A DNA stretch of 64,000 nt. Source: a virus. The stretch lies in IMG/VR virus record IMGVR_UViG_3300045988_123629. One strand, 5' to 3'. Made by a program: the position numbers and the translations under genes. The first letter of the stretch is position 1; each line of letters starts with the position of its first letter. Shown here one piece after another: positions 50,276 through 62,879 of this stretch. The notes beneath the pieces are model-generated. The model did no database searches. It was not told the DNA's origin and worked only from the letters and a program-made list of their open reading frames with translations.

Positions 50276-50650
50276 TTACGCGAGGGAGAAGTAGGACTTG
50301 CGCTTGTCAACCGTCTTGACAACGGTGTTGGCCTCAATCATCTGACGCAGAAGAGCGGAAACGCGCTGATTGGAGTAGTCCGCAAGCTCGGGAACGCCCT
50401 TGATGAGGTCGGTCACGGTATACAGCTTGTCAGGGTTTGCGGTCATCTCGTCCAGAATGACCTGCTTCACAGTGTCATTCTCCATCTGCTTGGCCGTGGG
50501 CTTCTTGTCGCCCGCGTTCTTCTTGGCGAGCAGTTCAATCTCATGCTCGATGAACGCCACCATGTCAGGATTTGCCTGAACCTCGCTCATTTTGAGCAGA
50601 GCCTCGAAACGGTCGCGCTTGGTGAGCTTCTTAACAGTAGAAGTAGACAT
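50276..50650 (-). CDS. Winged-helix-like protein. Paralogue of 47653-48030.
   Basis: 124-aa ORF. Nearly identical N-terminus MSTSTVKKLTKRDRFEALLKMSEVQ and C-terminus NQRVSALLRQMIEAN..VK.VDKRKSYF. Confidence 0.5.
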   Translation of the reverse strand: MSTSTVKKLTKRDRFEALLKMSEVQANPDMVAFIEHEIELLAKKNAGDKKPTAKQMENDTVKQVILDEMTANPDKLYTVTDLIKGVPELADYSNQRVSALLRQMIEANTVVKTVDKRKSYFSLA

Positions 50651-51139
50651 AGTATCAATTCCTTTCTGGTTTTTAAGACTGTCCTTGTCTTTGATGTAGT
50701 TATTATACCATAAGCGGAGCAGGTTGTCAATAGTTTTTGCAAATTTTTTTTAGGGGCGGTCGCGAGGTTTATTACTATACATCTTGTTTATACCTACCTT
50801 TATCTATACTCATAAACCAATTCATTTTACTAAACCAAATTAGTCTTTAAGGCGGTGGGCGAGCATTAGAAGTCATCTTGTTTTTACCTCTCTCATTTGA
50901 TGTATTCATTATACCCTACGTAGAACGGTTTGTCAAGGGGTTTTTCAAACTTTTTTTGAAAGTTTGTTCGGCACGCCACGCTTGGAACATTCCGTCGGAT
51001 TTTGGTATAATGAATGGTCAAGGGAACTGCCTTTCCGAAGGTCTTACTCTTTCCTCCTGACATTATGTAGTATAGCAGATTGGTAATGATTTGTCTATTG
51101 GTAAAATAGCTAAATAACGGGAAAAAATAAAATTGAAAT

Positions 51140-51300
51140 TTGTGCGAAATTTCTCTTGACAAAAATGCTGGCAGGGTGTATAATGGTAAATTCCGGCCGT
51201 AGCGCGCGGAAACGGCCGGCCCATTATATCACATTCAAGGAATTTTGTCAATGGTCAAAGTAAACAAAAAAATCTCCCCATTTTTGGGGAGATTTTCTTT
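51140..51300. promoter_or_regulatory. Intergenic module. A plus-strand promoter (TTGACA-N17-TATAAT, 51147-51181) and a minus-strand promoter (TTGACA-N17-TATAAT, about 51228-51262) face each other across a pure-GC hairpin (51193-51219). The module ends in a bidirectional terminator (51270-51298).
   Basis: Direct reading. Homologous modules occur at 48600-48780, 53440-53600, 55230-55390, 57210-57520 and 59430-59600. Variants occur at 46290-46560 and 62900-63130. Confidence 0.6.
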
Positions 51301-51722
51301 TAGCCAATCACACTGACTTCGGTTCTGACAGGCGTTACCATCTTGTCGCGCGAGAACTCGCGAACCTGACCTGTTTCAAGATTCACCGCGTAGCAATACT
51401 GCGAACCTCTCGACCGGACAAACGGCGTGTTGTTGTTGCTGTCAATTTTGAGATACATTCCCATACCGCTACCGTTAGAGCGCAGAGTGGTGAACGTGCC
51501 ACCGCTGAGAATGTTGATAATTTGGAGCTGACCCTTAGTGCCAAAATTTACTTTCATTTTTATTTCTCCTCTCTTAAAGCAGATGTTCCTTGACCCATTT
51601 TGCGGTCACGGTCGCGCGTTCTTTGGTGATAACAGTTTCATAGATGAAAAGGTCGTCATCAATCTTTTCAACTACTTTTCCGATGATTCCAACATCAACC
51701 CAAAAATAAGGCATCATTTTTA

Positions 51723-51930
51723 TCACCCCTTTGAACCGACCGAGAAGATGGACTGCAAAAGCACGAGAATAATCCAAATTGCGAGTGCCAGCTTCCACGA
51801 GAACACGATGACGAAAGTGCCGATTGCGGTAATACCGAGGGCGGGAAGAAGCCAACAGAGAAGCCAAACCAGACCAGAGGTAGCAAGGAACGAAAATGCG
51901 AGAGACAGCAGAATCAAAAGAACAAACATT
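51723..51930 (-). CDS. Small membrane protein (68 aa, two TM helices).
   Basis: AAAGGGGAAAA RBS followed by ATG (MFVLLILLSLAF...). The promoter has rc TATAAT at 51959-51964 and rc TTGACA at 51982-51987. Confidence 0.45.
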
Positions 51931-51983
51931 TTATTTTCCCCTTTCATTTGATACATTTATTATACCATTGGAGTAGGGTTTTG

Positions 51984-52484
51984 TCAAGCCCTTTTCTCCA
52001 AAAGTTCCGAAAGTTTTTCGATAATGTTTACTGCGGTTGGGTCAATGGTTTCACCCAAGTGCCAACCATTCCGAACCTTTTCATTATCGTCAACCAAGAT
52101 GGACACGTCATAGCGGTCGCGCACGCTGTCGGCCTTAGTCGCGCCATATTGGACGCCGTGGAAGTGGTCATAGTGGAAGCCCTGTTCTTCAAGCCACGCG
52201 CGCTTTGCTTCACGCACGAGGTTTTTGTATTCCTCGCTCGAATCTTTGGAAAGCCAAGTGATGATGTTGATTTCCCAGCCCTCGGCGCGGAGAAGTTCGC
52301 AAACCTCATTCAATTCAGCCATATCACACATGGGAACGGCAGTCCGATAGGGCTTAGGATTTTCCGAACGGAGAAGTGCAAGCCAATCCTTGACGCCGTA
52401 GAGGTCAGCAATAGTGCCGTCCATGTCAAAGTTGATGGAACGTCGAGTGGCCACAACGTGGGACTTGATGTAAGTGATTTTCAT
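51984..52484 (-). CDS. HAD-superfamily hydrolase, 5'(3')-deoxyribonucleotidase-like.
   Basis: Motif I FDMDGTIADL (DxDGT). Downstream ITWLSKD and ILVDDN motifs. 166 aa. Confidence 0.6.
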   Translation of the reverse strand: MKITYIKSHVVATRRSINFDMDGTIADLYGVKDWLALLRSENPKPYRTAVPMCDMAELNEVCELLRAEGWEINIITWLSKDSSEEYKNLVREAKRAWLEEQGFHYDHFHGVQYGATKADSVRDRYDVSILVDDNEKVRNGWHLGETIDPTAVNIIEKLSELLEKRA

Positions 52485-53603
52485 AGGTATTACCCCTTTC
52501 CTTTACTGTATCTGTATTATACCATACATCTGCGCGGTTGTCAAGAGAAATTTTAGCAATTTCCCGCTTTATTTATCCATTCTTTCCATTCATCTTTGGC
52601 AAACTTTTTATATTCTTCTTGCCAAATACCACCTGCAATGGCTTCTTTTACTGCATCATCAATAGAAAGATATTGGTTGGGAAAAACAAAGTCATCACAA
52701 AAGAACCGAGTTCGACCAAAGAATTTGCGGTTAGGGCGGATAACTTCATCAACAGAGATATAGATTAGCCCATATGATTCATCGTTGTATACCTTAACCT
52801 CAAAGGTTCTTCCCTCATATTCATAAGTTTTCGGCTTACTCATAGCGTTTGCCCTCCTTTACTATGCTTGTATTATACCACTATTGGATTTGCTTGTCAA
52901 GTATTTTTTTCAAAATTTTCGCGGTCTTTCTCAATACACGAAAGATAAGAAATTAAGCAAAATCAGCACAGGAATAGCGTAGACGATATTGAAAGAGTCC
53001 CACCCGAGACTTTCACAGGAATAGGCAAAAATAAAGCCAAAAACGAGGCCGAAAATGCCGATTAAAATAATCATTCTAAATCCTCTATATGACCGTAGTG
53101 TTCGTTGATATGCCATTCAAGATAGGTATTAGTCGCAATCTGAATTTCTCTATCTAACCAGTCGTAAAAGTCCTCGGGGTCGCGGGCCATGCGTTCGTCA
53201 ATAATATCAGCAAGAGAAACGCGATGGGCGATAAACTCTGAAATATCAAGAGAATCCATAGAAGAAAGAAGTTCTTCTACACATTCTCCGCGAGTAGAGA
53301 ACTTTTCAGTAGAAAAATCGTGAGTGTAATACATTGTTTGTATCCCCTTTCTTTACTGTATCCATAGTATAGCAGATTATTACATTCTTGTCTATTGGTA
53401 AAATACCCAAATTCGGGAAAATAATTAGTTGGACTTTTGGCTAAATTTCCTATTGATAAATTGCTGAGATGGTGGTATAATGGAAATTCCGGCCGTGGCA
53501 TGCGCAAACGGCCGGCCATTTTATCACACTATTGGATTTTTGTCAATAGGCAAAATAAATAAAATTTTGAGACGAGATTTGGTTATCTCGTCTCAAAATA
53601 TTT

Positions 53604-54056
53604 TTAACGTTCGGACACAATGCTGAGGTAGCGGACAATCATGTCCATTTCGCAACCCATGTCCTGCTGGTCGCAAACCGCATAACCCACAAGGTCGCCG
53701 TCCGCACAAATCGGGTAAACGCCATAAGTGTTATTGAAAACAAACGGCTTTCTTTTAAAATCCCACTGGGTCGAAACATAAGGCGGAAAGTTTTCCATAC
53801 CCCGCAGTTTCACGATAGTATCATAGATTGCGATGGGACGCAAACCGGAATTTGATGCCATTGTAATAGCGGTTCGCAGAGCTTCTTCGGTCAAAGAGCC
53901 AAGCACCGAATACCTCTGAAAACAAACGCAGTTGTCTTCTCCAAGGAAGATTTCAAGCGGGTCTCCCTCGCGAATCTTCAAAGTTCGGCGAATCTCTTTC
54001 GGAATGACCACACGTCCAAGGTCATCAATTCTGCGGATAATACCAGTAGCTTTCAT
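53604..54056 (-). CDS. AbrB/SpoVT-family (swapped-hairpin) DNA-binding protein with an extended C-terminal domain.
   Basis: The N-terminus MKATGIIRRIDDLGRVVIPKEIRRTLKIREGDPLEIF closely matches the AbrB N-domain consensus. The promoter has rc TATACT at 54087-54092 and rc TTGACA at 54110-54115. Confidence 0.65.
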   Translation of the reverse strand: MKATGIIRRIDDLGRVVIPKEIRRTLKIREGDPLEIFLGEDNCVCFQRYSVLGSLTEEALRTAITMASNSGLRPIAIYDTIVKLRGMENFPPYVSTQWDFKRKPFVFNNTYGVYPICADGDLVGYAVCDQQDMGCEMDMIVRYLSIVSER

Positions 54057-54120
54057 TTTAATTTTCCCCTTTCACTTGATACGTTAAGTATAGCAGAACA
54101 AAAGGCTTTTGTCAAGCCCT

Positions 54121-54603
54121 TTATTCAAGATTTTTGCTTTCCGCGACAAAATATTTTGCTTCGTATTGATTGGCAATAGCCTTGACTTTTGCGCTTTCCT
54201 TTTGAGTTGCGCAGTAAAAATTGAAAAGCGTATGTTTATCGCTCAATTCAATGTAAGAGTGTGGAACATCATGCAAATCAAAGTCAATGGTATTAGTGTA
54301 TTTTGTCGGGACAGTTAGCTCGACTTTCCATAACCGGTCTTTGCGGGCTTTCTCTTCAATCCACTTGACAAAGTAAACGCCCACAAAATTACAAACAGCA
54401 GTAATAGCCATTTTTAACCAGATAGGCATACCGTCCGCGGAAGTCAGCACAATCACATAGGAATAAAATCCATATGTGATGGCATTGATAAGAGAAGCAC
54501 TAAACTTCCCGCCGTTGACAGTCAAGATGCTTTTGATAGTTGACAGAATCACATTCACCGCCGTGCAAAGCGCGAACAGAAGAATTGTATTCATTATTAT
54601 CAC
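54121..54603 (-). CDS. Membrane protein (about 4 TM helices).
   Basis: ORF from the track. Hydrophobic helices throughout the N-terminal 110 aa. Confidence 0.4.
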   Translation of the reverse strand: MIIMNTILLFALCTAVNVILSTIKSILTVNGGKFSASLINAITYGFYSYVIVLTSADGMPIWLKMAITAVCNFVGVYFVKWIEEKARKDRLWKVELTVPTKYTNTIDFDLHDVPHSYIELSDKHTLFNFYCATQKESAKVKAIANQYEAKYFVAESKNLE

Positions 54604-57600
54604 CCTTTCCTTTTTCTATTATAATAATATCATATTATAATAGAAATGTCAATAGAGAGTTTTTAATTTACTCTTTTAATTTTTCTAATAGGTCATCAGC
54701 ACATTCATAGCTGATACTTCTGCGGTCGCACTCGTTGGACAAAGGACAACAAGCGCAGTCATTAAAGGTTTCCGTCCAAACGCGCAACCAGTCAATCAAA
54801 CGCAAAGTGTTAACTTCCTCATACATTGTTATCACTCTCCTTTACTCGGACAAAAAAGACCTTGTTATAGATTTTATTTGCTTTAAGGTCAATCCAAAAA
54901 TACACGTTTCCGCATACTCGATAGATTTTACAAGTCTCTCCGCTAACCTTTTTAACTTCCTCAAACTTCTCTTGCGTGGTGGGGTGGAAAACCGTCAGTT
55001 TGAGAAATATGCAATAGAAAGCCAAAGGAACAAAGCCGATAATCAGAGCAATCCATGCGAGAACGTCAGTTAAGGTATTTTCCCATTCGCACCATTCATC
55101 GGTGATTGTAGCGAACGCAATACCCACGCAAAACGCGAGAATCAACCAATACCATGCCCCCATTATTTTATTCCCCCTTTATTTGTTGTATACATCTTAC
55201 CACATTATAGGATTTTTGTCTATTGGCATTTTACACAAAAATTCGTGCGAAAATTTGTTGAACTTACCTCTTGACAAAAAACTCGGCGCGCCACAATCGT
55301 CCGCGCGCCGACAATTTTATCACATTCAAGGAACTTTGTCAATAGTCAAAGTAAACAAAAAAAATCACCCAATTTGGGTGATTTTTCATTTAGTTTCCTA
55401 CGGCTTCGAGGTCGACGAGAATGGGAACGAGCTTGTCTTCAAGAAGCGCGACACGCTCAATCATTTCATTTGCTGCTGTTCCGCCCGACGGGTATCTCTT
55501 CTGAATGCCGTATCGAGCCATTCTGCACACCGTTTCAACAACCTCGCTCAGTTTCTCATTTTTCATTTTTCTTATCTCCATTCAATTTATTTTTTGGAAA
55601 GGGTGGCGGTTGTTTCAGGCACAACCGCCAAAGCCATAGGAAAGGGGGAGAAAAAACACGAACAAAAGTTCGGTTTTGTCAAGGGATAATCAGTTCCGCG
55701 TCATAGACAGGCCGAACCATGCAGGGCGCGCCAAAGCAGTCGAGATTGTAAGTGTCTAAATTGAGAGCGTTCCATTCTTCTGCACCGGTATCTTCATCAA
55801 CCACAGTCGCGATTTTGATGTAATAGACGTTTCCAGAAGCAGGGTCTTGAAAAATCATACCCTCGGGGAGGTCTTCAAATGCAACCATTTTGTTGCTATG
55901 CTTAACAGTAATTTTCATTTCGTTCACCCTTTATAATAGTATTTGTAAGCCCATTCAATGATTTCATGGCTTGTGGTAGTCCATTCCTCTTTGGGACTAT
56001 CGAACTTTTCCGCATACTTTTTGATGTAGTTATTATACTCCATGCGCGCGGTGTCGTATGCTCCAATAGCCACAATTAAAGCGTGTTTCGCTTCTTCGGC
56101 GTCGGAGACTGCTTTCTTGCGGTCGGGGCAGTCAGGATAAAGGTTAATCACCCCTACGCGCGTAATGGCTTGCCTTGTCTTTTCATAAAGGCGGTCGCGC
56201 TCTTCCCAAACCTTATAAAGCATTTCGTCTGTGTGATTCTCATAGGGATTGAATTTCTTTTCTTTTTTCTTACCGAACATTTTTCTTTTTCTCCTTTTCC
56301 TGTTTATTCCACATTCTATCGAAGAACGCATTTGCGAGGACACGCTTGTAAAGGTTGTCAGGCATGGGGCGCTCACCGTGCTTGTTTCTCCATATCGCGG
56401 TGATTTTATCAATATCCGCGATATAGGCGGTAATGAGTGTGCCATCGGAAGCGCTACGAACGAGAAGAACGCCGGTTGTAGTGATAGTGTAGAGAATATC
56501 GTTCTCAACGCTGTCGATATATGGTTCGCCGATTCCTACATTATCGTAGATGAAGAGCAGACGGTCAATGCGGTCTTGCGTGGCGTGTTTTGACATTTTG
56601 ATAAGCATTTGTTTTACCTCTTTCTTTTCCTCTTGGATTGATTGTATTATACCATATGGGGAGGGGCTTGTCAAGCCCCTTTAATATAATTGTTCCCCAT
56701 CGTGGTAGCGCTCATATTCCGCTTCAAGGAAGTCGAGAATAGTTTCAAAGTCGTCTGCATCTGCGGGGTCTGCAAAGACCTTTTCAAGGACTTCGTTAGT
56801 GTGTCTGTTGTAAACTCGAATCATATCCATTTTACTTACCTCTTTCTTGATTGTATATGTATTATATCATGCGAAAGGGCTTTTGTCAAGCCCTTTTTAT
56901 CAGAAATGATAATTTCTGATGATGGCGTCGAACTTGGGAGCATATACGTTTTCCCACTGTTCTTCAAGAGTCTGGTCATTCGTGCGATATAATTCCCACG
57001 AGACTGCGCCATAAGCGTTATGCTTGAAAAACTCGGCGTCGCAGGGCATCTGCTCGGCATAGAGAAGCTGGGTCTTGATAAAAGAGTGAATGTTGTAGTT
57101 AGTCATTTTATTTACCTCATCTTTCCGTTCCCCTTGGAACAATTATAGTATAGCAAATGCTTAGGCATTTGTCTATTGACGGATCACACAAAATTGGGAA
57201 AAATAATTTGTGCAAATTTTCGCAACTTTTTGCTTGACAAATTGCTGGCCCTGTGATATAATGGAAATTCCGGGCGCGTGGGCCGTGCGCGCCCGGCCGA
57301 ACAACCATTGTTAAAATTTTAACAAAAATGAAATAGAAAGGGCGCGGTAATTATCGGCTACCGCGCAAACCATAGTATGAAAAATTTGTTTACTACTTCA
57401 AGAGGCTTACCATTTCCTCTTGACATGATTATAATACCACAACGGGGCGAGTTTGTCAATAGTTTTTTGAAAAAAAATTTCAGGCGAGATAATTAAATCT
57501 CGCCTGAAAATTATACGTCCCACATGGCTTCCGCAATCCAGAAGTATTCATAGCGGAGTTTGGACTGAATCGCAAACAAGGCGTTCGCAAGTTCTCCGCC

Positions 57601-57709
57601 GTCTTTGTAGTCTTCCGCGTCTGAAAATTTCTGACTTTCTTTCGCAATTCTTTGAGCCAACTTTTCAAGGGCGTCTGCCTGTTCTCTCAAAGCCTGCGGG
57701 ATAGGTTTT

Positions 57710-58066
57710 TCATTCATTATTTGTTTCCCCCTTTGCAAAGTTAGAGGTTAGCTCTAACGTATGTCCGCATTCATCGCAATACCAATAGTAATAAACTGTT
57801 CCATACCGGCCATGAGAAGCATTTACAAATTTCATTTCATTTCCGCAGATGGAGCAATAGCCGTCATTCCATGCTTTTTTGTCGGCATTGTGGTCAGCGA
57901 CTACTGCGCCCGTCATGCCATAGCCAAGAGCGCACGAAATGAGAAGACCAACCAACAGTCTGACTACTGGGTGAGACTTTTCCATGTTGCACCAACAGAC
58001 AAGGCAGACAAATAGCGCAAGGACTGCGCTAAAAATTCCGCCAACAATTAAAAATTCCGTTCCCAT
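57710..58066 (-). CDS. Membrane protein with a C-terminal zinc ribbon.
   Basis: ORF from the track. Two TM helices, then CSICGNEMKF...YCDECGH. Confidence 0.4.
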   Translation of the reverse strand: MGTEFLIVGGIFSAVLALFVCLVCWCNMEKSHPVVRLLVGLLISCALGYGMTGAVVADHNADKKAWNDGYCSICGNEMKFVNASHGRYGTVYYYWYCDECGHTLELTSNFAKGETNNE

Positions 58067-61000
58067 TTTTATTTCCCCTTTTCACATTTAATGCATTGAG
58101 CGTGTGTTCCGCACTTTCCATCGCAATAAGGACATTCCATTATTTTATTCCCCTTTCCTTTGATACATTAAGTATAGCAGAAAAAGGGCTTTTTGTCAAG
58201 CCCTTTTTCTTATTTTTTTTAATTTTCTTTTCTAATGGAATAGTAGGTTCGGCTTCCCTTTTTGGTGTAGGTCAACTTTTTGTCAATCCAACAAAGATGA
58301 CCGCAATACCATGCAACGGTGGCGCAAGGATATTCTTTGCCTGTCTCACGGTAAAGAATAAACTGGATTTCCGTAGGGCACAGGGGCTTTTCCGCCTTTG
58401 AGAGAACGTCGAGCATCATGTTTTTCATCATGGTGTTGCGGATTTCCTGTTTCAGTTTCCGCGCTTCCTGAGCTTCCTCGAATTTCTGGCAAGCCCGTTC
58501 CGCCTGAAACACGTCCATTCCGGTGAAAGTGCCATCATCAAGGCATTTTCTCAAAAGACTATAAACTTCAAAGTTCATCATGTTAGCATTTCCCTTTCCT
58601 TTATTGTGCTTTTATTATAGCATCTGCTTTTGAATTTGTCAAGAAGTTTTTTGGAAAAAAGAGGGAAAAATTTTCCCTCTTTATTTATCCCCAATAGATC
58701 GAAAGAACGTTGTCAATGTAGCTGGCTTTATAGCCATAATTCTGCATAATATCTTTGCAAGCCTGCCTGACGCCCTTGTCATTTAATGAAGCAAGAGAAC
58801 ACTCGTAAAGTGTTTCTCCCGTTCCTGCCACACGCTCAATTTCCGGCATGATGTGGTCTCCGATAAACGCACGCGCGAGGGCATTATTTTTAGCTTGGAT
58901 TTCTTTGCGGACTTCTTCGGCTTTGCGCGTCATTTCATAAGCATATTTAATTTCCATGGTGTTTCTCCCTTTCCTTTGATGCTTTTATTATAGCATAGAG
59001 GGCTTGTTTTGTCAAGCCCTCTATTTAATTTTTTAGCAATAGGCCAGATTCCCGCGCGCCCAGCCATATACGCTGATTTGATTGCACGCCTTGCCGATTT
59101 CAAGTGCCTGCTTCTTGGTCTGCACTCTCTTGGACTTGTCAACATAATAGATGCCGTTCGCAAGCCACACACCGCAGTTTCCGCCGAAGTCCTTGACCGC
59201 ATTGATAGCTTCGCGGGCGGTCTTACACTCAACGCCGTTGGTAGCGACCTGCCAGCCGGACTTGTAGTTGACTTTCTTGCCATATTTGAGAGTCATGCCG
59301 TCGTTTTCAGCGAGTTTGAGAATAGAACGAATGTTAATCATGTTGTAAATCCCTTTCCGGTTTGGTAGGTTTTCCTTCCCTTACTGTGATTATAGTATAG
59401 CACCGATTCGGGATTCTGTCTATTGACACTTTGCACAAAAATTTGCCCCAAAAATTTGTTGAATCTGCCTATTGACAAAAACTCGGCGCGCCAGGTCCGT
59501 TCGCGCGCCGGCCGATTATACCACAAAATTTTGAAATTGTCAATAGGTAAAATGCACAAAAAAATCTTCCCATTTTTGGGGAGATTTTCATTTTTATTTT
59601 TTAGCCATCAACATAAACGATAAGAACATCATCTTTGGCTTTCAAACCGCTGACAGGCAATCCCAGCACCCATTCTTCGCTTACGCCCAAAACCTCACCA
59701 TTCAGAGTCATGCGACCTTTGCGGTCTTTGAGGTAGCGCCCGCAAGTGTTTTCATTTATCACTTCGATGCCGTTCCCCTCATAGAACATCAGCGCGCCCT
59801 TTACCAGACCAATCACATTTTTAACCATGCCCAAAGTCATTTTGTCAACCTCTTTCGTTTTTAATGTCGTTCCCCTTGGAACAATTATAGTATAACATGA
59901 GCTATAATAAAAGTCAATAGGCAAAATGTATAAAAACTCGGCAGGATTTTGTATGTCCTGCCGAGTTTTTTTAGTTCAAACTCTCGATGACTTCGCCGGT
60001 CAGTGCGTCGATAACATCGACCGAAACAACGTTGTCCGCGTCGATGAACTTCTTTGCAAGGATACAAGCGTTTTCCCGCCCGAACACCGGAATTTCATGG
60101 CGATAATAGAATACATCGCTTGCCTTGTAGTTGTAGTAGTTGATAGAAACATTAAATAACATTTGGTTTATCCCCTTTCCTTTTATATTCTTATTATACC
60201 ATAGATTCGGGATTTGTCAATAGTTTTTTTGAAAAAAGTTTGAAAAAAAATAAGAGCGTTTCCGCCCTTATTTCTCATAAACGATAATGTTGTTGCCTAA
60301 CTTTTCAACGCGAGAATCTTCACAAAAGTGATAGGTGAAGTCCGCTGAAAGATGTTTGAGAAATTCGCGTCTCCATTCGCGGGACTTCGGCTCTAATTCA
60401 AAGAGAATGTAAAGCGTTTCCTCTAACCGGTCGAGAAAGTTTTCAGTGTCCGCGATGTTGAATTTGCCCGCGAGCTTCGGAGCAGAAGAAGTGCCAATAA
60501 TAAGAATGTTGTAAGTAGTCATGGTTTTTATCCCCTTTCTTATTGTATCTACATTATAACATTTGCTTCTGGATTTGTCAAGAGTTTTTATAAAAAAATA
60601 AGGGCTTTTTTCAGCCCTTATTCTTAGCACTTGACCCACGTGTTGACTAACTTCCGCTCAATGGTCGCGGGCTTCGTCAGAGTGTTTGCATACGCCTGCG
60701 CTTCTTTCTTAGTCTTAAAGTAAGTCGGCAGGTAATAGCCAAGGCGAGCGCTGTAATTATCTTCGGTGTAAACTCTGTATTTCATCTTTTGTTTTCCCCT
60801 TTCTTTACTGTAATTATAGTATAGCACTTACTTCTGGATTTGTCAAGGGCTTTTATAAAAAAATTAAGGGCTAAAAAGCCCTTAATTTAACACCGCGACG
60901 ACCTCGCCGTTCATGCAGGCGTGGACATCGAACTCCACGCCCTTATAGGTGTCGGAGTAAAGATACGTCCAGTCATCGCCGAGGACATAGGCCAGGGGCT

Positions 61001-62516
61001 TGACAGGAAGAACGCCGTCGAGAAGAGTCTTGATAGTAGTCATTGAATTAACCTTTCTGGTGTTTGGGATTTTCCTTTCCCTTTCTGATATTATAATACC
61101 ACAGACCGCAAAGAATGTCAAGTGTTTTTTTCAAAAAAAAAGAGAAGTTTTTCAACTTCTCTTTCTACGGCGAATCGCTCTCTTTACGCGGTGCTCCACG
61201 TATTCGATGAGCGCACCCGCGCCGATAACACCGACATAGATAGCGAGAAGAACAAGACCATCGTGAGTAGACATTTGATTTACCTCTTTCTTTCTTTTGA
61301 TGTATTCATTATACCAGACAAAGGGGCTTTTGTCAAGCCCCTTTTTTATTTTTTTACAGTTCTTTTCCAACCTTAACAAATACGATTTTCTCCGGTAAGA
61401 CTTCGATGCCCTTAATGCCCGCTTCATTGACTTCCTTGTTCGTGCAAGTCCACCCAAACTCATCTAATGCGTCCCATTCATCGTTCCCGCTGGGAGTCCA
61501 AGTGTTGAATCCATCATCAATCATCACGTCATAGCCCTTGCTGTAAGTCTCCATAATCTGTTCGATAGTCATTTGTTGTATTCCCCTTTCCTTTGATGAT
61601 ACTATTATAGCATTTCGGGATAGGAATGTCAAGTGGTTTTTGGCAAAAAATGGAAAAAATTTTGCTTTAACGCTTTACTGTGGTAAAGTTCGGGCTGGGA
61701 CGCCCTACACGCGCACTACGGCGCAAGAGAAAGAGCGGGAAGCCCGCTCCCGCCCTTAATACATTTCGCTATTGGGTTCAACTGTGAAATACTCGACATT
61801 CCGCAAGTCGAGCTTGCCATAGGATTTGTCATTATACATTGTAGCACCTGTCGCGAGTAAGTCATTCATCTTACCTGCAATCTCCATAGCGCGCTGTTCC
61901 TCGAACGCCTGCTGGAAGAGATAGCCCTGACCGCCCTTAGTGTAATAAACAATGCCGTAAATCATTTTTCATTCCCCTTTCCTTTTGTGATTATAGAATA
62001 CCACACTCTAACTGATTTGTCAAGACCTTTTTGAGAAAAAATCTTTGTTAATTTTTTAACAATCTACGCCGTTGGAAAGAGAGCATTACTGCTCCCTTAT
62101 TCTGCGTAAAGACTTATCAATTCATTTATCTTTTCAATGGCTTCATCAATGTCATCGAGGTAGTTGTCTGCTAACATACTTGCATGGCTGGCTTCCTCGT
62201 AATCATCATACGCGTCGCTGAGTTCCTGTGTGCCAAACTTGTCTGCCTGTTCGAGTGCATCTACCTCGTGCCATGCCCTCGACATCTCACCACGCTTAAC
62301 CTGACAGTCGCGGAACGCCTGCTTGCTTTCGTTCATTAAACGTTCCTTTTCTGCTTTGAGAGCCTTGTAAAAATCCTGATTAGTCATTTGAGTATTCCCC
62401 TTTCTTATTGTATCTACATTGTAGCACATTACCGCGCATTTGTCAAGACCTTTTTTACTCTTCTCTGCTTGTTAATTTTTTAACAATCTTCGCCGATCCG
62501 CAAGAAAGAGAGAGAC

Positions 62517-62879
62517 TTAATAAGCCTCTCTCCATACCTTAATGATTGTATCATCTTCCACAGTATCAGTGTCATTGTCGTTAATCCACAAGAGCAAGAA
62601 GTCGTTGTCATCAATGTTGAGTGCTTCCACGTTCCACAGGTTGTCCTGCTCATCAATGAGCGTCAGGGTATCGTCTTCGCGTGCGTAGACCTCTGCGCCG
62701 ACGAAACGAATGCTTCCGCGCTCCGTACCTGCACCGCACCAATTCTCAATGACCGAGAGGTCGTAGGACTGGGGTGCTTCCTCACAGGCTTCCGCCGTTG
62801 TGTGGTCGTGGAATCCGAAGAAAGACACGGAAAGAATGATGGCAATGGCCATGGTGATGATTTTGGAAACGTTCTTCAT
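62517..62879 (-). CDS. Secreted hypothetical protein (signal peptide).
   Basis: N-terminus MKNVSKIITMAIAIILSVSFFGFHDHTTAEA. A hydrophobic signal with an AEA cleavage-type site. Confidence 0.4.
   Translation of the reverse strand: MKNVSKIITMAIAIILSVSFFGFHDHTTAEACEEAPQSYDLSVIENWCGAGTERGSIRFVGAEVYAREDDTLTLIDEQDNLWNVEALNIDDNDFLLLWINDNDTDTVEDDTIIKVWREAY

Noticed and set aside
50893-51162. ORFs across the intergenic modules (50893-51162, 51063-51251, 48322-48738, 53277-53519, 57117-57308, 59338-59559, 46228-46431).
   Set aside because: They span consensus promoters, GC hairpins and terminators that recur as non-coding modules. There is no RBS. The peptide sequences share the same translated promoter motifs (for example ...ICYTI(I)VPRGTE...).
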